Source: Bacilli bacterium (GTDB lineage: Bacteria; Bacillota_I; Bacilli_A; RFN20; CAG-826). From it: a DNA stretch of 64,000 nt. Of this stretch, positions 1 through 10,024 are shown piece after piece. The position numbers and the translations under genes are program-made. The notes under the pieces are model-generated. The model did no database searches. It was not told the origin of the DNA and saw only the letters and a list, made by a program, of their open reading frames with translations. Numbering within the stretch: the first letter of the stretch is position 1; every line of letters begins with the position of its first letter. The stretch covers positions 20,561-84,560 of the forward strand of contig JALRKT010000001.1 of the NCBI GenBank assembly GCA_023268805.1. Direction: 5' to 3'.

Positions 1-582
1 CAAGAAAACCCGAAGGTAAGAAAACCCATCATTCTATCCATTCCTGTCGATATGCGGAAATATCTTCCTTCCACCACCATGAAAAATTTTGTGATGACGA
101 TTAATATTGGAAGAGTCTTTCCGATGCAAACCACGTTTGAAGAAATTGTCCAAGAAGTACGTCAACAACTTAAAGAAGGACAATCGATTGAAAAACTTGC
201 TCCCCAAATTCGTGCGAACATGCTTGCAGAAAGAATGTTACTCCTTCGCTTTGTCCCGTTATTGATTAAACGCATGATTATTCGTTCTGTGTTCAATCGG
301 GTCGGTGAACCTGCATTGTCTTTAACGATGTCGAACCTTGGGCAGGTGACCATGCCTGAAAGTACAAAGAATTACTTAGAATCCTTTGAATTTATGATTT
401 GCTCAACCAAAGTAATGCCCATTAATTTAGGGATTGTGTCCTTTGGTGATCGTCTAGTGATGTCGTTTTCTCGAATCATTACTGACCGTCACTTCATTCA
501 AGCCATTGTCCAACAACTGACGTCAACCTTTCAAATCCCGATTCGTGTCTATGGAAATCGTTGGGAGGAAGCCCATGAGTAA
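1..582 (+). CDS. 3' portion of a gene that starts upstream of the window; product unknown (possibly an acyltransferase-type C-terminal domain)
   Basis: Frame 1 is open from base 1 with no stop before the first Met at 52, and stops at 582. No motif I can assign. Confidence 0.4.
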   Translation, partial: QENPKVRKPIILSIPVDMRKYLPSTTMKNFVMTINIGRVFPMQTTFEEIVQEVRQQLKEGQSIEKLAPQIRANMLAERMLLLRFVPLLIKRMIIRSVFNRVGEPALSLTMSNLGQVTMPESTKNYLESFEFMICSTKVMPINLGIVSFGDRLVMSFSRIITDRHFIQAIVQQLTSTFQIPIRVYGNRWEEAHE

Positions 583-1267
583 ACCCCTAATTTGTCCAAA
601 ATGTCATGTGGAAGTGGATGAATCCCATTCCCATTGCCCCATTTGTGGTCGATTTTTAAAAGATGTCTCCCAAACGGAAAAGCAAACGATTTATCCAACC
701 CCCAATTACAAGACACTTGAACGAAAAAATTCGACGATTCTTCAATCAATTTTTGCGTTTCCTTTATTATCTGCACTTCTTGTGACCCTTCTAGTTGATT
801 TACTCTTGATTCGCAATAATTTTGGAACGAGTTTTCTTGTGACATTTATCGTCTTTTATTTATGGATTTTTATTTATCAAACACTTTTATCCAATCAAGG
901 TGTCGGAGCAAAAATTCTTTGGCAAATCCTCGGCTTAAGTCTTTTGTTATTGATGATTGGCTTTGTCACCGAACGCACCTTAAATACGTGGCCCCTTCAA
1001 TATGTAATTCCCATTTTAATGGGTGTTGCCAATCTCTTATTTTTTATCATTGTAACCATCCAACGACGCACGGATGTCATCCTCTTTCAATCGTTTGTCA
1101 TGAGTTTATTGTCCATGGTTCCCTTCACCTTATATTTATTCGCACTCAATGCAGAGCAAGTTCCCGGATTTATTGCCTTTCTTCTTGGACTGATCAATAT
1201 CATTGCCTTATTCACCTACTTACGGAAAAAGTTTTTCGCGTATATTCAACGCTGGTTACACATATAA
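575..1267 (+). CDS. Zinc-ribbon membrane protein (N-terminal CPKC...CPIC, then 5-6 TM helices)
   Basis: ATG at 575 follows GGGAGGAA by 5 nt. The caller's GTG at 545 lies inside that SD. Start overlaps the upstream stop at 582. Confidence 0.55.
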   Translation: MSKPLICPKCHVEVDESHSHCPICGRFLKDVSQTEKQTIYPTPNYKTLERKNSTILQSIFAFPLLSALLVTLLVDLLLIRNNFGTSFLVTFIVFYLWIFIYQTLLSNQGVGAKILWQILGLSLLLLMIGFVTERTLNTWPLQYVIPILMGVANLLFFIIVTIQRRTDVILFQSFVMSLLSMVPFTLYLFALNAEQVPGFIAFLLGLINIIALFTYLRKKFFAYIQRWLHI

Positions 1268-1300
1268 AAAAAAACAAGGACAAACATCCTTGTTTTCTAT
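1266..1300. terminator. Bidirectional rho-independent terminator between convergent genes
   Basis: A-run, ACAAGGA stem, loop, TCCTTGT stem, T-run. Confidence 0.6.
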
Positions 1301-1317
1301 ATATTTTTTTAAAAGAT

Positions 1318-2643
<1,326 letters not shown>

Positions 2644-2657
2644 TTATTATATGCTAT

Positions 2658-4145
2658 TTACTTTGAAGTTGGTAGAGAATGACCTAAGTTTTTTTCTTTT
2701 TTAGAACGACTCAAAAAGAAATGATACAGGGAGAAAATAGCGATGAGAATGCCTAAAACAATCAATAAGGGAATCCAACCTTGATAAACAATACCCACGA
2801 ATAAAAGCAGCGGAAATCCTAAGGGAATGGCCATCGAAGAACCATAGACAATATCATTGGTTGCCGGCGTTTTAAAATAGGGATCTTTTTCGCGTAATAA
2901 AGCCACACCTGTGGATGCGGTTCCTGTCATGGTTCCAAAGAAAACAAGGAACGCTTCATCATGATAAGCAGGATAAACGCGTTGAGAAACCCAACGTAAA
3001 TAACGGTAGGTTGCCACCGTCCCAACGACCGCAAGTAATAACAAAGTAACAATGAAGCCTGAATCCAAAACGACGGCAATATCAATGGCCATAATACTAG
3101 CAATCATCATGACATCAAACGCAAGGCCAGCGACCCGATTTAACATAAAATCATTCGTATAAATTCGTTTCATCCACCCACGACGCAATAACAAGCGTGT
3201 AATTACCTTATAAAGCATTGCTAGGAAGACGACGATAATAAAATTAAAGCCATAAAGTAATCCAATTAAGTTATTGATTAAAAACGCAACTCCCGACGCC
3301 AAAATGAGTTGTTCTAATCCATAAATGACGAACCAGGCTGACAAGTATACAAAGCCAATAATCGCAATTTGAATCGTAAGTTTATCCACCGCGTCCACTA
3401 AGGGGATTTGCCCATTGCCTTCAAGAACTGTGGACTCATTGGCAGCTTCCATCGAGGATTCTGTTGGTTCCGGTAAACGACCTTTTCGTTTTAAATCATT
3501 TAAATAAATCACGCCTCCAATTGAAGCAGCTAAAAAACCAAAGGCTGCAATGGATAAGCCCATATCGATACCAAATTCAAATTGACCTGCGTTGGCAAAA
3601 ATGCTGCCTACGGACAAAGCTTGACCTGGCCCTTGGCCGAATCCCATCGGTAATAAAAAGCCGACAAAATTTGGAATAGTGCTGAAAATAAAACTCAAAA
3701 GAATGGTGATCGTGATCCCTAAAATTCCTTGTAATAAATACGAGTTAACAATGACCATGCCGCTTTTTACCGCATTGGCTTTTAAACGAACGGGTCCTTC
3801 CGTCAATTGATCAATGCCTTTTAGTGTGAGCGCAGCAAAGCCAATCGCAATCGCATGATACGTAAAACCTGCTAGGACTTCACGAGTAATGAGCGGTGTT
3901 TCATCAATGATGATGGCAAAACCTGGAATTATGCCACCTGTAAAAAGATATTTTAAGAATAACCCTAAAAACCCCCCGATAACGGCAACAGGAAGGAGGG
4001 ATTTTTTAAGCAAAGGGATGCGGCGACGAAGCACGTTCGCCAAAAGCAAGACGGCCATTAAGATGCCAAATTGAACAATGACACTCCAAAAAACGTTAAA
4101 TTCCGAAAAGGGTGGAAGCGCGTTGGTGAGTAGGTAATGCATCAT
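2658..4145 (-). CDS. GltS-family sodium/glutamate symporter-like membrane transporter
   Basis: Multi-TM protein with GltS-like Gly-rich segments (GFGQGPGQALSVG, TMTGTASTG). AAGGAGG 5 nt upstream of the ATG at 4145; the caller's TTG at 4163 includes the SD. Confidence 0.65.
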   Translation of the reverse strand: MMHYLLTNALPPFSEFNVFWSVIVQFGILMAVLLLANVLRRRIPLLKKSLLPVAVIGGFLGLFLKYLFTGGIIPGFAIIIDETPLITREVLAGFTYHAIAIGFAALTLKGIDQLTEGPVRLKANAVKSGMVIVNSYLLQGILGITITILLSFIFSTIPNFVGFLLPMGFGQGPGQALSVGSIFANAGQFEFGIDMGLSIAAFGFLAASIGGVIYLNDLKRKGRLPEPTESSMEAANESTVLEGNGQIPLVDAVDKLTIQIAIIGFVYLSAWFVIYGLEQLILASGVAFLINNLIGLLYGFNFIIVVFLAMLYKVITRLLLRRGWMKRIYTNDFMLNRVAGLAFDVMMIASIMAIDIAVVLDSGFIVTLLLLAVVGTVATYRYLRWVSQRVYPAYHDEAFLVFFGTMTGTASTGVALLREKDPYFKTPATNDIVYGSSMAIPLGFPLLLFVGIVYQGWIPLLIVLGILIAIFSLYHFFLSRSKKEKNLGHSLPTSK

Positions 4146-5322
4146 GGTTTCCTCCTTGGGCAATGATGTATTGCAAATAGATTAACGCTGCATACGGCGA
4201 GTAAACTCTGGGAAAGCGGAAGAGTAGGGTGGTTTCTGGATCCACATAAAGAATTAACTTCGTGCGAACTTGAATCGCACACGAACGAAGTTCTTTAGCA
4301 GTGTAATGCTTTGATTCATTTCTTAGGGTTAATTGTACCCCATTTCGCGATATTTTTAGTTCACAAGATTGGAATGCGGAGCGTCGTTTTTCACCCGCTT
4401 TCCAAACGGAAACAATACTTGGATACGTCATGCTGAAATCGGCATGTTCATCGACATAATCGATAAATCGTTTCTTATTTTCCTCATCAAGCGTCATTAA
4501 GGTATGTTTTTTCTGGTGAAAATGGACATAACCTTGTTCATCGTACGTTGCCTGCAACGTGCATTGATGACACCCTAGAACATTGTCATGAGAATAGGTC
4601 GATAAAACCCCATGACATTGAGGACACGTAAAAAGAAGTTTATGAAGCCCTTCAGCGCATTTTTCTCCTCGATAGTTTGCGAAGGGAAAGACGGATTGAT
4701 AGGCATTAACGTCGAGTGCTTTATGCACGATTTGATCAAGTTCTTCTGCAGAAAGCGAAGCATACTCTTCTGGGATTAGACGTCGCTTCTCCACAATGGT
4801 GGACGGGCCAAATTTTCGATAATACGCCCAGCGAGGCGAAGATAAATAAAGGCCATGAATATTCAAGAAAATTACCGGCATCCCTAAAAACTTAATCAGA
4901 CGCCCCATCCCCGGAGGAATGGAGACAGGTCCACCATGCATGGAAGCATTCCCTTCAGGAAAGATGGCGATATTGCCCCCCTCATTGCGAACGGATACCA
5001 TCCGTTTGACGACGGCTAAATCAGCCATCGATTTGCTTTTGGGGATCGGATTGAAGAAAAATTTTAAAAACCAACTTCCTTTCCCGGAATTAAGCAGCTG
5101 TTCCGATGCGACAAAATATAAGGGTTTATCAAACAACATGTCGGTAAAAATAATGTCAAATTCCGCGGTGTGATTCGCTAAAACTAAATAAGGTCCCCCT
5201 TTTTTTAACGAAAGCTTCTTGCGACGAAATCGATAGTAAATGCGAAAAATGGGACCAAAAAAGAAACGAAATACTTTTAAAAAGAAACCATGATGCCAGG
5301 ATGTATAACGCTTTGACTTCAT
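4096..5322 (-). CDS. PlsC-family lysophospholipid acyltransferase with C-terminal zinc-ribbon extension
   Basis: HX4D motif (NHTAEFD) and FPEG motif, plus CPQCH...CHQC ribbon. Start overlaps the upstream gene by 4 nt. Confidence 0.7.
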   Translation of the reverse strand: MKSKRYTSWHHGFFLKVFRFFFGPIFRIYYRFRRKKLSLKKGGPYLVLANHTAEFDIIFTDMLFDKPLYFVASEQLLNSGKGSWFLKFFFNPIPKSKSMADLAVVKRMVSVRNEGGNIAIFPEGNASMHGGPVSIPPGMGRLIKFLGMPVIFLNIHGLYLSSPRWAYYRKFGPSTIVEKRRLIPEEYASLSAEELDQIVHKALDVNAYQSVFPFANYRGEKCAEGLHKLLFTCPQCHGVLSTYSHDNVLGCHQCTLQATYDEQGYVHFHQKKHTLMTLDEENKKRFIDYVDEHADFSMTYPSIVSVWKAGEKRRSAFQSCELKISRNGVQLTLRNESKHYTAKELRSCAIQVRTKLILYVDPETTLLFRFPRVYSPYAALIYLQYIIAQGGNHDALPTHQRASTLFGI

Positions 5323-6449
5323 GCATCAATGGGGCGAACAAACGCACTTCTTGATTTATGTTGAGTATGCTCGAAATGTTTCCAAAGCGATTGGACGTGT
5401 TGATTCGTTAATAATTCAGGTCCTGTTTCTGCATATTCAATCTTATTTTTAATTGCATTCGTTAAAGCGTCGACAAAGATTAACGAAAGCACTCCGCTAT
5501 CTTTGTATTTTGGATCTACCGCCACCAAAAGCATATCAAGGACGCGACTTTGTTTTAGTTCTTTGAAAAAGGAAAGAAAGCCAAAGGGGAATAGATGACC
5601 GCGATGTTTTTTTAAGGCATTGACCGGAGAAGGAATCATTAATCCAAAGGCAACAAGATTTTCTTCCGCATCACAGACGAGTTGAATATAGTCTAAATTC
5701 ACGAGAGGAATATATTGTTTAGCAAGCATGTCCATCAAGTCTTCTTTGACGGGAACATACCCATAAAGATGATCATAGGTAACATTCATTAATCGGAATA
5801 TTTTTTTAATATAGGGGGCTAACGTTTTAAACTTTTTATTTTTGACGCGGACCAAATGTAGTTGATTCCTTTCCATGACACGTTGCGATATTTTGGTTAA
5901 TAATTCAGGAATCTTTTCAGGAACTTTAATACGGTATTCGTTCCACGTTGCATCTTTTTGAAAACCATATCGTTCAAAAAAGTCCACATAGTATGACGCA
6001 GTGTAAAAGGTTACAAACATATTTTTTTGATCAAAACCTTGCGTTAATAAACCTTCTTTATCTTGATCAGAATATCCCAATGGACCTGCCATCTCGACAA
6101 GACCATGCACTTTTCCATATTGTTGAACTGCGTTCATGAGGGCGACGAAAACATCATAGTCTTCAATGAAATCAATGCGATTAAAACGAATGCGTTTTTC
6201 CTGATATTTTTCATTGGAAAAACGGTTGATAATCGCGGTCACACGGCCAACAATTTTTCCATCTTTCTTGGCTAAAAAACTTTTAAAATCGCAATAAGAA
6301 CTTGCAGGATTTTTTGCGGGCGTTAGATTGTTGATTTCATCTTCAAAAATATAAGGAGTAAAGTAAGGATTATCGCGATACAAATGCGCAGGAAAATCAA
6401 TAAAAGCGGCTAAGTCTTTTTTGGTTTTAACTTCATGAATGGTGATCAT
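5319..6449 (-). CDS. Tandem GNAT-fold putative N-acyltransferase, function unknown
   Basis: 376 aa. C-terminal half has a GNAT motif-A-like segment (LLVAVDPKYKDSGVLSLIF). AAGGAAG SD 6 nt upstream. Confidence 0.5.
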   Translation of the reverse strand: MITIHEVKTKKDLAAFIDFPAHLYRDNPYFTPYIFEDEINNLTPAKNPASSYCDFKSFLAKKDGKIVGRVTAIINRFSNEKYQEKRIRFNRIDFIEDYDVFVALMNAVQQYGKVHGLVEMAGPLGYSDQDKEGLLTQGFDQKNMFVTFYTASYYVDFFERYGFQKDATWNEYRIKVPEKIPELLTKISQRVMERNQLHLVRVKNKKFKTLAPYIKKIFRLMNVTYDHLYGYVPVKEDLMDMLAKQYIPLVNLDYIQLVCDAEENLVAFGLMIPSPVNALKKHRGHLFPFGFLSFFKELKQSRVLDMLLVAVDPKYKDSGVLSLIFVDALTNAIKNKIEYAETGPELLTNQHVQSLWKHFEHTQHKSRSAFVRPIDA

Positions 6450-6526
6450 AAAAACTTCCTTAGGTATAGTTTAAGGCATTTATGTTTTTTTGAAAACAAA
6501 GAAAAAACTCACCTGCGTGAGTTTGA

Positions 6527-6617
6527 TGGCGGAGTAGAAGGGATTTGAACCCTTGCACCGGTTTCCCGATCTAACGGTTTAGCAAACCGTCCCCTTCAGC
6601 CTCTTGGGTACTACTCC
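6527..6617 (-). tRNA. tRNA-Ser (anticodon GCT)
   Basis: 91 nt. 7-bp acceptor GGAGTAG/CTACTCC, anticodon loop TTGCTAA, long variable arm, encoded CCA. Followed by a hairpin plus T-run. Confidence 0.9.
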
Positions 6618-6658
6618 AACGCTACAAATAGTAGCATATTTACGTAGAAGAACTCAAC

Positions 6659-8095
6659 TTAATAAGCACGGGCAAATAAAACAACGCGTTGGGCGGGTTC
6701 TCCGGTAATGGCGCACGTCTTTTTTAGACCTTGTTGATGAAAAGGAATCACTCGCGCCGTCGCTTGGGCTTTTTCTTTAATGATTTGTTCCACGTCGGGA
6801 CTGGCACTGACAGACAAACGCACATACCCCCCTTTGTGATTAAGGATATCAAGGAGTTCATCGAGAGAATCCGCATCGGTAATGTGTTGTTCAAGATGGT
6901 TTTGTGCTGCCACTAGCATCCGTTGATGCATGGCTTTTAATTCTGCTTGGAGGCCTTCAACAACCGTTGCTACAGGAACCATTTTCTTTTCTTTGGTGTC
7001 CCGTAAGGCCAAGACGACTTGACCATTGGCTAAATCACGTGGACCCACTTCAATGCGAAGCGGAACACCTTTCATTTCATATTCAGCAAATTTCCAACCA
7101 GGAGATTGGGTAGAACGGTCAAGTTTGACGCGAATACCAAGCTTTTGAATGGATTCAAGCAAGGCTTCTGAAGCCTCTAACACCCCTTCTTTTTGCATCA
7201 TAATCGGAACAATAACAACTTGAATTGGGGCAACAAAAGGGGGTAATACAAGGCCATTATCGTCCCCATGAACCATTATTAAACTCCCAATCAGACGTGT
7301 AGAAACACCCCAGGAAGTTTGATGCGCATATTGAAGCGTATTTTGACGATCCTGATAACGAATGTTAAAGGCTTCGGCAAACCCTGTTCCAAAATAATGG
7401 GTTGTTCCGGATTGAAGTGACTTCCCATCATGCATGAGAGCTTCAATGGCATAAGTTTCTTCGGCACCTGCAAATTTTTCTTTTTCGGTTTTCTGACCCG
7501 ACATAAAAGGAATCGCCAATAAATCGGTGCCTAATTGTTCATAAATTTTGAGCATCCCTAAGGTTTCAACACGAGCCTCTTCTTCGGTTTCATGCACCGT
7601 GTGACCTTCTTGCCATAGAAATTCCGCCCCACGTAAGAAGGGTCGGGTTGTTTTTTCCCAACGAACGACAGAACACCATTGATTATATTTTTTGGGAAGA
7701 TCGCGGTAAGAACTGATAATTTTACTATAATGCTCACAAAATAAGACTTCAGATGTCGGACGAATAATGAGAGGATCTTCAAGTTTTTCCTTACCCCCAT
7801 AGGTTGCCAATAATACTTCAGGGGCAAAGCCTTCGACGTGCTCTTTTTCTTTATTAAAAAGAGATTGAGGAATCACCATCGGCATGTAGACATTTTCATG
7901 TCCGGTTTCTGCGAAGCGTTGATTCAAGTACACTTGAATGCGTTCCCAAATCGCATAACCATACGGACGATAAATGATAAAGCCCTTGGTTGAAGAGTAA
8001 TCCATTAACTCCGCTTTACGGCAAACATCGGTGTACCATTGGGCAAAATCGACATCGCGGGCAGTAATCGCATCATTTTTAATTTGTTTTTCCAT
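6659..8095 (-). CDS. proS: Prolyl-tRNA synthetase (archaeal/eukaryotic type)
   Basis: 478 aa. N-terminal AITARDVDFAQWYTDV and class II core. Confidence 0.93.
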   Translation of the reverse strand: MEKQIKNDAITARDVDFAQWYTDVCRKAELMDYSSTKGFIIYRPYGYAIWERIQVYLNQRFAETGHENVYMPMVIPQSLFNKEKEHVEGFAPEVLLATYGGKEKLEDPLIIRPTSEVLFCEHYSKIISSYRDLPKKYNQWCSVVRWEKTTRPFLRGAEFLWQEGHTVHETEEEARVETLGMLKIYEQLGTDLLAIPFMSGQKTEKEKFAGAEETYAIEALMHDGKSLQSGTTHYFGTGFAEAFNIRYQDRQNTLQYAHQTSWGVSTRLIGSLIMVHGDDNGLVLPPFVAPIQVVIVPIMMQKEGVLEASEALLESIQKLGIRVKLDRSTQSPGWKFAEYEMKGVPLRIEVGPRDLANGQVVLALRDTKEKKMVPVATVVEGLQAELKAMHQRMLVAAQNHLEQHITDADSLDELLDILNHKGGYVRLSVSASPDVEQIIKEKAQATARVIPFHQQGLKKTCAITGEPAQRVVLFARAY

Positions 8096-9812
8096 AAATT
8101 TTCTCCTGTTTAATCATCCTTTGTTGTAAGCGATTGAGCATGGGAAGCGTCGGTTGACTCGGTTCGGTTTGCCACGGATGAATAAAATCAGCACTCAAGA
8201 TTTTAACACGATTTACGGGAAGTAAATCGAGTGCCCCTTCTGAATGCACATCAAAGATCATAAAGGGTTTGTTATAGACCGCGAATTCATCAAGAATGCG
8301 TTTAAATTGAAGTAACGCTTTTTCATCCGATTCTAAGTAACGGACCCGGCGTGCATCAAGCACAAAAAATTGACATTGACTATAAATCGAAGAATCTAAA
8401 TCCCGATTCGTATCATTAAGCACGAGTCCTACTTCGATTTTTTGACGATGAAAAAGAGAGAATATCGGGGTAATTTCTGCCGAGGGTAAATCCGTTTCTA
8501 AGATTTCTTCTTCATCAAAAACAAATTGATGGCGATACGGTGTAGATAAGACATCATATTCTTTTATTAAGGAATCAAGCGGCATTAGAATCGATAAGGG
8601 AATCAACAGTTGTTCTTTGGTTTGAGCATGAACGTCTTGAATTTTTCGAATGTATTGTTCATAAAAACCACGCGCATCATTCGTATTCGATGCCGCTTGA
8701 AGTATTTCTAAGGTGGAAAGAATAAGTTCTTGCTTCGGTTGAATTTGCACAAGTTGGCCGACTGGTGTCATCGTCGAAAATTGTAAGGTGGGACGAAATC
8801 CAAGCTGAAAATTAAACTTTGCAAATAAATCACGTTGCTTATGTTCACTCACTTGATCTTGGGTAGAACTCATCGGTTGCACCGGATCATACACTAAAAA
8901 GTTCATGCTTTTTGAAAACATTAATGCATTCATTTCCCGTGCTTTAAGAATGAGTGCTTTCAAATCATTCGGAAAATATTGATGTTCGACAATCGATACG
9001 GTAAATTTTACGAGCGATTCAAGGGAATTAATTTCTAAGTATTGAGCAATCATCCGAATAAACGTTTGGGCAATGAAAATATACCCTTGCCGTTCCAGAC
9101 GTTTGGTCGACAAAATATAAATATCATTGAGTGTATCAATAATTTGTAATTGATTGGATAAATAAGGAATTAATCGTTCTTTAAATTGAGATAAATAAAA
9201 CGTTTTAAATTGATCATCCAACGAAGAGCGACCAAAATTGAATGAGATATAAAAAAATGCTCCTTCTTTCTTGCCTAGTTTTTTAGTAATACGGATGGCT
9301 TCTTCGGTGGTTAAAACGCGACGCGTCATGCGATTTTGTTTGGGATTCGGTTTGAGATAACGTAAAACATACCGATTTAAATTAATAATTTCTTTATTTG
9401 TATCAACAAAATTCACTTCAAAAATAACTTGCTGCTGTTGGCGTTTGTCCTTAATGAGATGCGTCTGAAACGTCCAAGGAACATCGCTTTGTTGCTTTAA
9501 TAGGCGCGTTAACCATAAGGTCAATTCATCGCGTTGTTCCGGACGATAAAATCGCATAAAATCATCCATTAAATACGTTTTTACACGACGGCGTTTTCGC
9601 ATGTCGTATTCTTCAACTTTTCCTAATTTAAGATCAAGACGATAAACAAACCCATAATTTAAGCGTTGTTGGATGGCCGTAAAATGATCCTTGGCATCTT
9701 GTTGAAAAACGATTAGAAAAAGAATCACCGCGAGGGTGATAACACCCATAATCCCTAAAGTAATCCAAAGGAAATTGAGTTCAACAACTTGAATATTCAT
9801 CGTGGTTTTCAC
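8079..9812 (-). CDS. Membrane-anchored hypothetical protein (one N-terminal TM, large cytoplasmic domain; possible degenerate EAL-like region)
   Basis: 577 aa. TM at residues 15-35. ISFNFGRSSLDD weakly resembles the EAL DDFGTGYSSL segment, but no EAL motif. Overlaps the proS start by 17 nt. Confidence 0.45.
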   Translation of the reverse strand: MKTTMNIQVVELNFLWITLGIMGVITLAVILFLIVFQQDAKDHFTAIQQRLNYGFVYRLDLKLGKVEEYDMRKRRRVKTYLMDDFMRFYRPEQRDELTLWLTRLLKQQSDVPWTFQTHLIKDKRQQQQVIFEVNFVDTNKEIINLNRYVLRYLKPNPKQNRMTRRVLTTEEAIRITKKLGKKEGAFFYISFNFGRSSLDDQFKTFYLSQFKERLIPYLSNQLQIIDTLNDIYILSTKRLERQGYIFIAQTFIRMIAQYLEINSLESLVKFTVSIVEHQYFPNDLKALILKAREMNALMFSKSMNFLVYDPVQPMSSTQDQVSEHKQRDLFAKFNFQLGFRPTLQFSTMTPVGQLVQIQPKQELILSTLEILQAASNTNDARGFYEQYIRKIQDVHAQTKEQLLIPLSILMPLDSLIKEYDVLSTPYRHQFVFDEEEILETDLPSAEITPIFSLFHRQKIEVGLVLNDTNRDLDSSIYSQCQFFVLDARRVRYLESDEKALLQFKRILDEFAVYNKPFMIFDVHSEGALDLLPVNRVKILSADFIHPWQTEPSQPTLPMLNRLQQRMIKQEKIYGKTN

Positions 9813-9903
9813 TAGGTAAATTATAGGGTTTTAGTGTGGAAATAACAACCGAACATTGTCGATACATTTTTGTTCTTTCTCCCCTTATCCTTGGATTTTT
9901 TTA

Positions 9904-9912
9904 TGCTATAAT
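9904..9912 (+). promoter_or_regulatory. Extended -10 promoter element (TGCTATAAT) for tRNA-Ser
   Basis: TGnTATAAT 10 nt upstream of the tRNA 5' end. Confidence 0.4.
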
Positions 9913-9921
9913 TCCGATGAC

Positions 9922-10012
9922 GGAGAAATACCCAAGTGGCTGAAGGGGTCAGTTTCGAAAACTGATAGGAGGCGCAAGTCTCGCGAGGGTTCAAATCCCT
10001 CTTTCTCCGCCA
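9922..10012 (+). tRNA. tRNA-Ser (anticodon CGA)
   Basis: 91 nt. Acceptor GGAGAAA/TTTCTCC, anticodon loop TTCGAAA, long variable arm, CCA encoded. Confidence 0.9.
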
Positions 10013-10024
10013 TCATCAACCACG

